From Phoronis australis (taxonomy: Eukaryota > Animalia > Phoronida), in the NCBI GenBank assembly GCA_002633005.1, contig NMRA01000690.1, positions 68,365-132,364 of the forward strand: a stretch of 64,000 bases of DNA. Direction: 5' to 3'. The position numbers and the translations under genes were made by a program. Shown here piece after piece: positions 24,001 to 34,700 of the stretch (its first letter is position 1; each line of letters starts with the position of its first letter). Under the pieces are notes generated by a model that saw only the letters and a program-made list of their open reading frames with translations, did no database searches and had not been told where the DNA came from.

Positions 24001-27000
24001 ACTAGATTTCTGACCAACCTGAATATTATCTCATTTTCATTTTTAAGAGTTGGGTTTTCCAAAAATTAACTCTTGACTAACTAGTGAATAGTGTGAATTT
24101 GTGAAATTTTGTCTCCGCAGGAGATGATGAAATCTCTGCACGAAGTAGCGCTAGATGTGCACGGTCGCAAGGTGTTGCTCTACTTGCTGGTGCACAGAGA
24201 CCCTCTACATTTCATGCCTGATGTAGTCAAGGTATTAAAGATGGGTGACGATAACCCCACCAGGTGAGCAATCAAGGAACAAAGTGAGCGGGCATGCTTC
24301 GCCAGTTTTTAACATAGGATGAAACTGCATTCACTATTGAGACAAAATGTCGTGGAATTACCCATCATGGCTACTTGACAGAAGCCAAAGTAGTGACGTG
24401 GCTAANACCCCCCCCCCCACCCCTCTAATAGTTATTACCAGCGATTTTTGCTTTCAACAGAATTGGCTGTCATGACAGGGAAAGGGTTTTTTCTGATTTT
24501 TTGTCTTGTGTACTGCACCTGCTGGTTAGTGCATCTTTCACTTAATTGCTCGTTGAATGTTTGGTGTTCTTGTTTTCCCAAAAGTTTTGCTGTGGCTAGT
24601 TGCGTGTTCAACCTGTAATGCAAATTTCCGTTAGGTATGGAATTTTGCTCCATGTTGTTGCCACAAATTGGCGATGTTAATATTTGACGTGGACAGAGCA
24701 GTGCTGAGTTCAATATACTTTGGTTCTAGTGCTATGGGTCACTAACTGTTTTTATAGCGGTCATCAATGTGTTTGTTAAAGTTATGTAAGACATTTGAAA
24801 AACGTCCAATCCTGACAAACTTTGGATTCTCAAAAATGACAGATCGCATTCTTCTGATACAGTGTGTTATGTAATGTTCCCCTAAAGGCTGTTAGAAATT
24901 GTTTTTAAATTGTACCACTTTTGCCAGACATTCTGTCAACAAATTGGACTTTTATGAAACAGCTCAACAGTTGCATCAAACAAAAATGAAGCGATGCTTT
25001 AGAAAACTAAATGGTACAGTGTTTTTGAGATTCCTCCTTGAACATTGACATCAAACAATATTTGGTCACGTTCATACCGTTCTTTTTTCGAAATTTTACT
25101 AAAAAGACATGACGTGACCCAGTTAACAAAACATTGGTCTGATGTCAGTCATTAAAATCTACAGTGTTTCTTTTGTCCGAAAAAAAAATATTTTTACTGA
25201 GTTGAAATTTGTAGTTTTCTAGACATTTGGCTAATACCCAGACCAGTAATAGCAAGGTGTTACCTACCAGTTTATAAATAGCAGGACATGGCAGCTCCAT
25301 CTACTGTGATATTTATAGGCGCACTAAATGCAGGGGCAACATCTGCCTTCTTGTGTCTTCAATGAATGCTCTGCAGTGAGGGTCTCATTTAGACTATATT
25401 TCTTATTAGAAATAGTGACATTGCCCTGTAGATAGTTTGTACATTGGACCGGCTATTAAAAGGATAATGTATATAGATTGAGTAATTGATTTTTTGTTGT
25501 ATCAGAAAAGCGTAGTTGGCTCTGATCTCATGTTTTTTGAAAATCTGAGTTGGTGGTATTTTAGTTGGTCACTTTTTCAAAAAAGGAAAATCCATGAGAT
25601 GGGAAAAAATGATTTGTTTTTTCGCTCATCGCTAGGCAAATCGCAGAAGAACATAAAAAATGGATAGGACTCGGTAAAGGTCATTTTAAAGTGCTTTCAA
25701 TTTTCCTCTTTTAAGAAGATTTTTTCTTTTTTGGTATCGGTTTCCTCTTTTTTTGATTTCCAGTTTCCTGTTTTTCGTCTCTTTTTCATCATTATTTTGA
25801 CTTTATTCATGCAAAAATGTTACTTCAGTAAACTTCAGCACAGAATTTTATATTTTTATCACGGTCAAGCCTATTTATTTGTGGAATGATGCACCACTTG
25901 GTAATTTTTCCTCTTTTTTGTTATTGGTCATTGCAAACCCTGATATTAGAGCACAGTTGTTGGGAGTGATTTGTGCGTTAAAGTTGGTGGTGATTGGGAG
26001 ACGAATATGGGGAGGTATGGGAGTACTATTCTTAGGCATCTCCTTGCTGTGCTTAAGGATTTCTTCATGTTGAGCAAAGATGTCTGTCCACGCCCACATA
26101 AAATGTGTATTGCACTACAACTGTCTCTCCTTTAGTGTCCATCCTGGTGGCAACAGTTTCCAAATCCAAACATTAATTAAGTTTGTTGTTAAGTATTCCC
26201 ACAGTCATTTAAGAAACGTAGATCGGTGTTGGTGGTTTTGAGGGCTAATGCACTTGTGGCTCTTGTGCAAAATAATCTACAGATGTGGTATAGGGTGCTA
26301 ATTGTGTGCAGTTGGTGTTAGAAATAACAGAATAATTTACAACAGTTTTGTTTTAATACCGATCGCTTTATCAGGGTATCATTTGGGTTTTTAGCCCACT
26401 AAAGACATAGAAAATTTACAAGTTCTTTTTCTAAACGCTGACGAATTTTGGTGAAGTTTCTCCAGCTTCATTCAAGTTTAAAAATATTAATCAAATCCAA
26501 AGGAAGTTGTAAGTCTTTAATAAATTGTCTAGGATGTTTTTCTTCAAGTTTTGTTTTCACAAAACTACGTCTTGTTTCATATGCACAGTAGTTTAATTTC
26601 AAAATGAACCCGACATACTTCGACTGAATTGTGCGAAACTTGGATCAACCTCTTGCCAGGATTGTTTGGCAGTAACATTTGTCGCAATAAAATTGTGTTT
26701 TTGTAGAACTTTGGTCAGACGTTGATGTGACATTGTGCTTAGCCGCAAATTATTTACATATGAATAGACTTGCACAGTAAGTTGTCGCGATTTTGACGGT
26801 AAGCGTGGAACAACACCTGTCATTAGCTTTTGCCAGAATGCAATCAGATTTAAGTGGAAAAGAAATGGATAATCATTTTGTGCATCAAAATGTGGTTGAC
26901 GTTCGACATTTTCCAATTTATTTTGAGAAGTACTTGCGATTTGCTTACTTTTGAATAGATTGTTTGTTAAGTCGCAAGAGATTTTTAGCTTCAATAAGCA

Positions 27001-29155
27001 GGGATTTTGCTTTCATTCGTTTCGTTTAGTAAGAAGGAGATAAGCGTGAGACGTAAGGAGCTACTCTCGACGGTCTCACAGCCTCTTCTTCAACTTGTGA
27101 TCGACCACACTAAGGAGTTGGTGATGAACAACGCTGCCCTCCTGTTCGTTCTGGCTGTACTGACTCATGCCCAAGGTAGGTCACGTGTTTCTTCTTTCAC
27201 AATTACTTAATATTTCACTATGAGTAGTCATTCACACATTAGACAAAAAACATCTCGGTATATTTGACTTGCTGTTTTTTGGAAACTGATGCAGTGTTGC
27301 GATATTATTTAAAAAATCCACTAACCTGAGGTGACCAGTTTTATAACAGTTAGTGGTCTAAATCATTTTGTGTTACACACCAGGTGCATGATATAACAGG
27401 AGATAAATGCAAGAAATTCCAGTTTCAAAGTGTCAGTGAAAGAACGAAGGAAAAGAGAAGTGGACGATATGAAATAGTCGGAACCGTGTGAAGCGTATTG
27501 ATGTTCTTTCACTGCTTTAGGTGATACAACGTCTGCCATGAAAGCGATAGCTGACATTGCCGCCGAACCATTCTCAGCAGGAAGCCTCGAGAACTACCAT
27601 ATTGTGGAGCACCCAGCGGGCCATATGGCCATGAAAAGATTGGTTGCTAACGACGCCCAGAGGATGAAGGAGGGCCGTTCAGGTGTGTGCATCAGTCATA
27701 GTATTTAGGCCCAGCGAAGCTGCGACTATGTCCAGAATTTGGAGAGTGGAGCTGAGGAGAAAATGTTTAAAATAGTGTGCTTTGGGGGAGACTTGGATAA
27801 TCCTCTTCAAACTGCTGGTCATCCAATATTTTGACACTTTTTCTGAAAACGAAAAGTATCAAGTTTGGACAAAAACACAGGAATAACACCCAGGTTAAAA
27901 AATGCAAGGGATATTTGTATAGCTGGAGCACATGTCCACGGGGATGAGCCTAAATATGCACGAGTACTGCAATTGAACAATATAACATTAATTACCGTTA
28001 TGGCTGGTCGTTTTTTAAGCTCTCCCATCATTGCAGCTATTCCAGTGGATTGCCGTAATTGTGCCTGGAGGTGATGGTGGAGATTTCCACATCATGTTTC
28101 CATACTTACATTCATTGGTTAATGACCTGTATAAAGAGTTAGTGATCTGGCTAGTTGAGTGTCTTTTTTCACAATAGGCAACACTGCCTTGAGTAAATGA
28201 TGCTAACCACAAATTGAAATTTTACTATTTTCAAACTGAATAGTTGTTTTTTCATTGGTACTGCAAGTCATTCTTTACAAGACCAGAGGTATAATTTGAA
28301 CGCATTTTTGCCACATCGGTGCAACTTAATTGTGATAGGCACAAATTTAACAGCAAACCCATCAGGTGCTTGATATTGTAAGGTCTTCTCAGCATCTTCA
28401 ACTCCTGTCGCCAGTCAAACTAAAAGTTTCGTCCCCTCCCCCACTGCATCTTTTTGTTATTTACTGATGCCTACCCCCACATTTATTTGAAGGTCACACT
28501 GTTCTGGTCCTGTTGAGACGTTAGTGATTTTTCTCAACTCGTTTAAAACTTTGACCTCTGCAAGACTTTCAGTTGGTTGCTCCATGAACCGTGCTAAGTT
28601 TTGTCTAATAACTAACCATGACTTATTTAATCTACAGACCTGTTCTCTGAAGTGCTAATATCTACGCTACCAGAGGGAGCGCTCAAGTCGTGGGCCGCCT
28701 GTAACCGGGGATGTTTCACCTTAATCAGGTAAAGCTGGCACGCCGGTGGTTTGGTACACCTGTATTAGTTTTCAAATTAAAGCGGCATTGACATCCTGTG
28801 GCAAGGCCTCACCTGTTTAAGATACGAAATTAGGTACTGGTAAAATTTTATTATCTCATTTTTTCATAATATAAGCAGTTTACTAAGTAGTGTTTTCTGG
28901 CAAATTATCATTGATTGTAGCTTCTGTCGCACAATATTGTGGACGTTCACATTATGTTGGATTGTTAATTTCGTTGTGTATTTCTGTGTTAGAATCTTGA
29001 CACAATTCCTTCTGTCTTTCAGCTTGTTGGAGCTGAATATTCCAGGCGTAAGTGGGAGGATACAGTCCGAGTTGGGGACCATAACGGAATCACTAGGGAA
29101 AATGGAATTCAAGGGAGCACAAATTCTACTACAGAAACTGAAGAATATGACATAA
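5942..29155 (+). CDS. PUM3: Pumilio homolog 3 (PUM3/Puf-A/Puf6/penguin), spliced gene, ~715 aa
   Basis: Exons 5942-6064, 8770-8931, 10426-10584, 10775-10856, 11572-11692, 12493-12662, 12900-12966, 15093-15162 (or copy 17997-18066), 18577-18681, 19668-19771, 20072-20246, 20755-20889, 24121-24263, 27030-27175, 27521-27682, 28638-28728, 29023-29155 join with GT-AG sites and matching phases into 2148 nt. Family motifs: KKIWEELRR, HDATRAIQCLIKYG, EEFYG, HTRDGARVAM, DRKVIIK, FDVVDDTK, CPL-like GRKVLLYLL...SKK..VRRKEL, NRG. The basic N-terminal exons are less certain. Confidence 0.93.
6458..6858 (+). pseudogene. Degenerate ISL2EU/Harbinger (DDE_Tnp_4) transposase fragment in a PUM3 intron
   Basis: Manual translation gives YSQYKSHNTAKYIVAITLNGYIMYISKAFAGRCSDK, MADRGFTIDDLL...LNIPAFTKGKSQLS*, and RIHVERA...FKIL, with frameshifts and a stop. 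Confidence 0.85.
8173..8513. repeat. Minisatellite, 11 copies of ~28-32 bp (CTAATTACAGACTAGCTTAGTCACCTTA+/-CTAA)
   Basis: Directly visible head-to-tail array with no spacers. Confidence 0.95.
8770..8931 (+). CDS. PUM3: PUM3 coding exon 2 (NVKKLNISD...VSIKK)
   Basis: tcttttaag acceptor, AAG|gtac donor, 162 nt phase 0-0, Ser/Lys-rich. Confidence 0.65.
9111..9700. mobile_element. piggyBac-type MITE (590 bp)
   Basis: TTAA|CCCTTATCCTGCT ... AGCAGGATAAGGG|TTAA: perfect 13-bp TIRs and TTAA TSD. Confidence 0.9.
10426..10584 (+). CDS. PUM3: PUM3 coding exon 3 (PAPKTDVEF...KKPKKKV)
   Basis: ttttcag acceptor, GTG|gtatg donor, 159 nt phase 0-0. Confidence 0.7.
10775..10856 (+). CDS. PUM3: PUM3 coding exon 4 (INKLASKTLKKLKG...)
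   Basis: gttcag acceptor, G|gttag donor in phase 1, matching the next exon. Confidence 0.72.
10869..10933. repeat. 32-bp tandem duplication
   Basis: acaatctttttgatRgaggctaggcattgcct x2. Confidence 0.85.
11572..11692 (+). CDS. PUM3: PUM3 coding exon 5 (DEKQH...KKIWEELRR)
   Basis: Conserved K.IWE.LRR motif; tttcag acceptor and AG|gtagg donor. Confidence 0.9.
11676..11836. repeat. 46-47 bp tandem repeat spanning a PUM3 exon/intron junction
   Basis: TGGGAGGAGCTTAGAAGGT recurs at 11676, 11723, 11769, 11815. Confidence 0.92.
12493..12662 (+). CDS. PUM3: PUM3 coding exon 6 (...HDATRAIQCLIKYG...)
   Basis: PUF repeat; ttttaacag acceptor and G|gtgac donor. Confidence 0.93.
12900..12966 (+). CDS. 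PUM3: PUM3 coding exon 7 (DSIVEMMKSPYAHFCVKKLIKYG)
   Basis: PUF repeat; caatag acceptor and GG|gtgag donor. Confidence 0.92.
13322..15270. repeat. ~1.95 kb duplicated segment, copy A
   Basis: Colinear with 16231-18174 with scattered substitutions and indels; ends exactly at the N-gap. Confidence 0.92.
15093..15162 (+). CDS. PUM3: PUM3 coding exon 8, copy A (TKPQKNFIIKSLYGNVRRLIRHK)
   Basis: ttttgcag acceptor and AAG|gtgag donor; duplicated at 17997-18066. Confidence 0.8.
15271..15778. other. Assembly gap
   Basis: N run. Confidence 1.
15779..16230. mobile_element. Second copy of the 3435-3936 MITE (left end in gap)
   Basis: Closely similar sequence ending ATTCCAAGCCCTG; absent from the duplicated copy at 13322. 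Confidence 0.88.
16231..18174. repeat. ~1.95 kb duplicated segment, copy B (likely allelic haplotype)
   Basis: Colinear with 13322-15270. Confidence 0.92.
17997..18066 (+). CDS. PUM3: PUM3 coding exon 8, copy B (probably the second allele)
   Basis: Same peptide as 15093-15162, with one synonymous change (ACA/ACT). Confidence 0.8.
18577..18681 (+). CDS. PUM3: PUM3 coding exon 9 (VASNVLELAYND...EEFYGPSFALFK)
   Basis: Conserved EEFYG; tttcag acceptor and AAG|gtaag donor. Confidence 0.93.
19668..19771 (+). CDS. PUM3: PUM3 coding exon 10 (TNEIRRLDQ...PLADK)
   Basis: tttgcag acceptor and AA|gtgag donor; phases fit both neighbours. Confidence 0.88.
20072..20246 (+). CDS. PUM3: PUM3 coding exon 11 (HSIVHRLFLEY...HTRDGARVAMYCLWYGTAK)
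   Basis: Highly conserved PUM3 segment; canonical splice sites. Confidence 0.95.
20755..20889 (+). CDS. PUM3: PUM3 coding exon 12 (DRKVIIKSMK...FDVVDDTK)
   Basis: Conserved motifs; aag acceptor and GAG|gtggg donor. Confidence 0.94.
20922..22354 (+). mobile_element. Helentron-associated non-autonomous element (HINE/DINE-1-like) with ~443-bp internal repeats
   Basis: TTTTT-ATGCGACCAC 5' end, CCACATAT/ATATGTGG hairpin, CGTC(C/T) microsatellite, 3' sub-TIR GTGGGCACAT, terminus TTGCTCTTGTT; relative at 40246-41094. Confidence 0.85.
23145..23540. mobile_element. Harbinger-type MITE
   Basis: ~40-bp imperfect TIRs (GGACCGGTCTCTAATCTTTGTACTCGAAA / TTTCGAGTAAAAAGATTGGAGACCGGGCC) and 3-bp CTG TSD. 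Confidence 0.8.
24121..24263 (+). CDS. PUM3: PUM3 coding exon 13 (CPL domain, GRKVLLYLL...GDDNPTS)
   Basis: ccgcag acceptor and AG|gtgag donor; conserved motif. Confidence 0.93.
27030..27175 (+). CDS. PUM3: PUM3 coding exon 14 (SKKEISVRRKELL...)
   Basis: gtttag acceptor and G|gtagg donor; conserved SKK...RR.EL. Confidence 0.92.
27521..27682 (+). CDS. PUM3: PUM3 coding exon 15 (...HIVEHPAGHMAMKRL...)
   Basis: ctttag acceptor and G|gtgtg donor; conserved EHPAGH. Confidence 0.92.
28638..28728 (+). CDS. PUM3: PUM3 coding exon 16 (LFSEVLI...WAACNRGCFTLI)
   Basis: tacag acceptor and AG|gtaaa donor; conserved W...NRG. Confidence 0.9.
29023..29155 (+). CDS. PUM3: PUM3 last coding exon (...KGAQILLQKLKNMT*)
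   Basis: ctttcag acceptor; conserved terminal KG..ILL.KL; stop TAA 29153-29155. Confidence 0.9.
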
Positions 29156-29866
29156 CTAATGTGACTGGAGACAACGGTGTTGAATGTTCAAGTGACACTC
29201 TACAAGTACCAAATGTTCACGTGGTATTGCTGGTTATGTTGACCAATCATATCATGATATTTGAAAGTTTAACCAAATCGTGCCATGTGACTGGGCTATT
29301 TTCAAGCCATAAGTACAAACTTAAGTTTGGTGGTGATGTTCCTCGGTCCTTTGTTTTTTTGGCCAATCATAGCATGTGAAATTTGAAAGTTTAAAAAGAT
29401 GCTGAACCCAGCTTTCAACCGTCAACGGATATTAACCCCAACTTAAGTCTCTTAAATCTTTGTGAAAAAATCTTGACATTTTATCAAAATTGGATTGAAG
29501 TTCGACATCTCCACACAACCAGTGTCCCGTGCTAAATTGACAAGCATTTCGAACGCTTTGGTCAAGTCACGGATGACTAGGGAGAGGCAGCGCATCTTCA
29601 CCCTCCAAAATTGTTTTGTAGCACGGCAAGTACAGCATTTTAGCTGAAAATACTTTTGGTTATTTCTGGGAAGTACTAATTACCCAATAACAGGTGATGG
29701 AAGTTGTTTGGGTAAAACTTCCAAGCCATTTTATTAGCCAAAGCGTGTCGTGTGATTGGTCAGTTACAGGCTTAAGCGCCTCAGTCTGTTGGACTTTTCT
29801 TTTAAGTTGACTGTGGTGCAGTTTGATACTGAATGGTATGCATTCTTAGTTGATGTCAGCAGAATT

Positions 29867-30002
29867 CAGTGATGGATTTAGGGGGGACATGACCCTCCTA
29901 AAATTCTCCCAGATTCCATTTGGCAGTTGAGGGGTGCGAATGTCTGACGGGCAAAATCACTGTACCCCTCACCCCCAACTCAAAATTATGGATGCACCCC
30001 TG
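29867..30002. mobile_element. Short MITE family A, in the putative PUM3 3'UTR
   Basis: CAG...CCCCTG ends, GAATT 5-bp TSD, core CCTAAAATTCTCCCAGATTCC shared with 37759 and 43676. Confidence 0.8.
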
Positions 30003-30093
30003 GAATTGAAAACTTTACGATTTTAAACATACAGTTTGTCCATGTACCTGTATCAACATTGTCTCTGTCAGTGTGTACGAAACAGTCTTCCTA

Positions 30094-30099
30094 AATAAA
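30094..30099 (+). terminator. Candidate PUM3 polyadenylation signal AATAAA
   Basis: AATAAA ~940 nt after the stop, followed by a GT/T-rich tract (cgtgttttt). Confidence 0.45.
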
Positions 30100-30462
30100 T
30101 AACATGAAGAACTACCAGTTCGTGTTTTTAGAAGTATTTCTTTCTCTTCATCGTGAGTGTTTTTACCCCAGTATCAATCAGTCATCCCACAAAGAACTGC
30201 AAATCTAGATATTTTGAAGATTCAGCACTAATGGAGACTTCTAACATGTCAGTCAGGAATCTAACGTCTGTCAATTATGGCGTGTGAACTGTAAACGCAA
30301 CGATCGTCCTACTTCTTTCCTCGCAAGCATTCGTTGCTCATGAAAGCAGAAAGACGTTTTTGGATAATGTTGCATTTTTGCTGCGCAGATTTACCATTTG
30401 TGGTGAACAAACGAGGATAAGCGGATGCGAGGTAGAATAGCGTGTGTTTAACCTCACAGTCA

Positions 30463-30657
30463 GCGAAGTGGGCAAAAAGGTCCGCCTCAGAGAAGCAAAA
30501 ACTCCGAGAAAACGAGGCAAAAAGTCCACTAAAAAGACGCAAACGCACAGTGTACCCCGTTTTTTTTTAGTCCTGCCGATATTTTGTCAGCAAAAGGTCC
30601 ACATCGACAGGAATTCGGGCTCCCCTCCCATATTGAAGCGGGCTGGGTGCGCGCGTG
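30463..30657. mobile_element. MITE family B, partial
   Basis: Same core; ends GGCTGGGTGCGCGCGTG. Confidence 0.65.
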
Positions 30658-31110
30658 TGATGCTACATACCAATGCTCCTATTGACCCACATTCCTTCAA
30701 GGAAACGAACTGGATATTTTGATGTAGCATAAATTTGTTCCTTAGATGAGAAGAGGTTTCTGGGCTCGGGCGCGTGCTCATTCAATCGGCTTTGAGGTGC
30801 ATTAGTCTGTTGGCTCGGCCATATTGGAAGCCACAAAGTGTTGTATGCAACCGAATGTCCGCGATGCCAAGCCTTTGAGTCCAATAAAAGATTACGCTAA
30901 CCCATTGACATTCCAAGCATCAATCTTGCGGTATTTGATCCATTCAGACACGGTGGTGTCAGTGCATATATATAATTGTAGAGTCTTCTTGATTCTCAGA
31001 CCCGAGGTGGCACCTCGGGTCTGAGACCAGTGGTCTCATACATGTATGTTTGCGCATTTTAGGAGTGCTTGCGATAGGCAATGTGCTCGCTTTGCCCGTC
31101 AATGCCTGTA

Positions 31111-31363
31111 CATGGGCGCACCCAAGGGGGGGCTAGAACGAGGCCCCCAATTTGGCGACTTCCGTGAGTCAGTTGAGCAAAAAGGTCCGCCGCAGCGCGG
31201 AAAAATCCACAAAATTCCACAGCAAGTCGGCGCATGCACAATTCGTGGGCCTGAACTTAGTGTCCCCGTTTTTATTTATTTTTTTTTTCACTAAAAGGTC
31301 CGCACACCGAAAAATTCGAGCTCCCCCGCCCCTCCCCCTATACTTTAGGCTGACGCGCGCATG
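31111..31363. mobile_element. MITE family B (CATG-GCGC termini, 5-bp TSD)
   Basis: CATGGGCGCA ... CGCGCGCATG flanked by CTGTA; core AAAAAGGTCCGC and AAAATTCGAGC. Confidence 0.78.
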
Positions 31364-31740
31364 CTGTACGCGGACATAGCCACAGAAGTAAGACTAGACT
31401 GTAGATGTACGAAACGGGGTGAATGAATTACCCCAGATTGCATATTTCACTGACCACTTTTATTAATTTTGCATGTGTTAAGATTACTGGCTTTTAGGTG
31501 ACTTTTATGAGTTGTTGAGCGCGTAGTTCTTCGTATCGTCAGCGCCGAGCTGATGCCACGATCACCTNTGCTACTGACCCAGTCACGTGGTCTCTGTCTA
31601 ATCGTGCGTTGTAACCCGGGCTCGTTACGTAAGGTGCATGTGGGGAATGTTCACGTATTCAGTCACAACGTTTCAGAATTTATAATGGTATTTGTTTTGC
31701 TGGCTCGAAGCTCAGTGTGTTTTATGTCAGTGACCTCGCC

Positions 31741-31795
31741 ATGTTGCGTCACCTTGCTGCGCTGGGTGTTCTGTTTCTCAGTGCGTCTTTGGCAG
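31741..31795 (+). CDS. Carbonic anhydrase first exon 1a (signal peptide MLRHLAALGVLFLSASLA)
   Basis: gccATG context, hydrophobic core ending in a small-residue cleavage motif, CAG|gtaag donor in phase 1. Confidence 0.7.
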
Positions 31796-34700
31796 GTAAG
31801 ATTCTGCCGAAAAGAATTACCCCAACTCGGGTGCACTCAGTCACGGTACTGACGTGGGCGACTACGACTTAGTGCGGGACGTGGCGTGCAGAGGATCTGA
31901 ATTACCCTGACTTTTTCTCTTGTTAATTCCTAACATACGTGTCAAATAGTTAATGGTTAAAAACTTCTGCAATTAGGCCCATTTGTTCTAGGATCTGGTA
32001 AATCGTAGGCGTCACACTGCCTGTGCCGTGTGGGAATTTCCGATCAAACTGTGGAAGATTATTAGTGCGAAGTATTTCTCGGGAGATTTCTCAGTAGGCC
32101 TACTAATTTTTTAAAAAAGTAATATCTAGCGAAATGCTGTAAAGTCAGCCGTCGGAATTCTGCGATTGTATTGCCTCTTCTGCCGTGCGCAACTATATTT
32201 TTTCAGGATTGAGATTGTCCAAACATTCGGGAAATAATTCTTACGATGTGGTGTGCGCATCATTGGGAGATTTTGCGATTTGACCGTTACTTTGGGCTGC
32301 TGATTTTCATAGTACTCATGTACTCACTGGCTGAGGGAAATGCTCTCCTGTACGCCAATCCCCCTACATTTCTGGTGGGGTTTCAACCGAACTTTCAAGA
32401 AAATAGGTTTTCGAATTACTGTAGCGTGGATCTTTGGGATTTTGTGATTCAACCGAATTTCCTGTAATTATGGCCCATATACCGAATGCTGTTCTGCGCT
32501 CAAATCCGCCAACGTTAAAAGGGGTCTTGGACCAAACTTTCAAGTGCAATATATGCTTGCAGCGTGTTGTAGTGGATTTTCACGCCGCAGGTGCATGAAG
32601 GTACTCTACTGCGCGCGAGTACTCGGCAGTAGAACCTTCGACGGGGCCGTCTGACCGTTTTGATGCAATATGAATTCTGCAGGCGAATTTGGGGTTTTGT
32701 TCATGTTCATTATGGCCGGGACATCCAGCCGGCCGGATTGGACAATTACGCGTTTCTAAAACGTCCTGTAAATGGCAAGCTTTGACGTATATTCTATTTA
32801 AGACTACTTAAAGTATGTAAAAAATGAGGCGTCGAAATATGAATAGGCTTTTTAGCTAACTATATACATGTACAGTGTAATTGAAACGTAGGAGCGTGTG
32901 CCTATAATCATGTACATGTATATGCAAAACACTAATTAAAATAAAAGACGCATTTTCGGATGTATAGGCGTGTAGACCTACATGTATATACGCGTAAAAA
33001 CGTTGGGTAGCAAATTATTGTCGCGTGTGCAACAGCGTTCAGCTGCTCAAAGTTGGCGTTGAAGGTAGCGCGCCGTCGGCTTCGTAAACCTACGCTTGTA
33101 CGTCATCAGTGTTCATGTGCCTCATCGGTCCTTTCGGGTTGTGGTGTTGCGTACATTGGGTAAAGTACATACTGTCTTTGTATTAGCAATTAATCCAAAA
33201 CCTTGATATTATAAATGTCCGATTAATTCCCAACGGTCGGGATAAAGCACGCATGAGTGGATGGCACCGTCCATGAATTGGGTTCAACGTACAGAAGTGG
33301 GTTCAACAAAATTCCTCGTTAGTGTGTTTTGCTCGGTTGGTCGTCAAGATTTCAGGACCTTCCTAATAGGTTCCTAGTGAAAAAAGTCGGTTACGTACGT
33401 ATCAGAGATTATCGAATGGTCGTTTGAAAACGTGTGTTTCTCGTCTCAGTTCCGTGCAATGTGATGCTAGGCAGCGCAAATGCGTTTCAGAAAAAGCGTT
33501 GAAGTAACACAAACGACGGTCCCGCTTTGGGTGTTTCATCACTTCAAAAGATAAATTTCATAGCGCCTGAATGTCCTCAAATGGCGCTTTATCGAAAGTT
33601 TACCGTACGGTTTACGAGTATCACGTGAGTGTGATGTTGGCCTGAATCCAAGACTATTTATATTTTATAAGCATTTATGCCGATCTCAAGGACATTTGTG
33701 TGAACTTTTCGTCTCCTGATGTCAACTCGTTTGATGGCCTCATTCACGGGAAACAAAATTCAAATCTTTGTTGTCATTATTTATATGCTTGGTTATCATG
33801 CAACAGGTAAGTTATGTTTTGGAGTACTACTGTTTGTATATAAATATGTTGACATTCGTATGTATGGTAAACGTTGCAAGTTTTATGTATTTAATGTTGA
33901 CGTTTTCTCACATGTGAATGAACAGCTAAACTTGTCTAATAAGGGCCCAGTCAGTTGGGTTCCGGTTTAGGGATATGTGATAACTTCATGTACATGTATA
34001 TTGATGTAACGATTACACCTACTGTATATTGGTCGTTTTATATTCTTGCAGATGCTGGTGATTGGAGTTATTTGACTAAGCATCGCACAGGTATCCTTTT
34101 TCTTATTGATTTGTTTTTAACTATAGAGCAATGTTGTCAGTTACGAATTGTGAATAGACCTCATCTCCTTCGATAAAAATGTATATTCTATCATTCCTTA
34201 AGGACTTACCGTGACGTTCCATACTCCATCGTTCCTTAAAGATTGCATCGGCGGATTTAAGGGTGTAGCGTTCGCTCTTTACAAAAAAGAAGAAAAGATA
34301 AAAATCGCCGCCGGTATAATAGTTTCGAGAGCTTACGTGAATGTTTTCCTTTGAAAGTTGAGGTTGGGCCCCAAGAGTCATCCAAAATCCGTCAGCAGTT
34401 GGAATTGGAATAAACGAATGGTGATTATGCCTTGAAACTGTCGGGCAGACCACGATTCATATACGCCTGAACCACGCGATTACTTGCTCATGGAACTCAC
34501 CCGGTGCACGAAAAACAGTATGCGCTCGAACAAAAATCATTTGCACGAACCGCGAAATCAAGTCCAATTATATCATGTGCTGGGTTCAGGCTAATCCTAT
34601 GACTCTACTTTTGATGCTTGTTAGAGCGATTAATTTTGTTGTTCAATTGCATTTAAGTTGAAAGCTAACATGTTAAAACAGCGTGTATTATCTGACTTAT

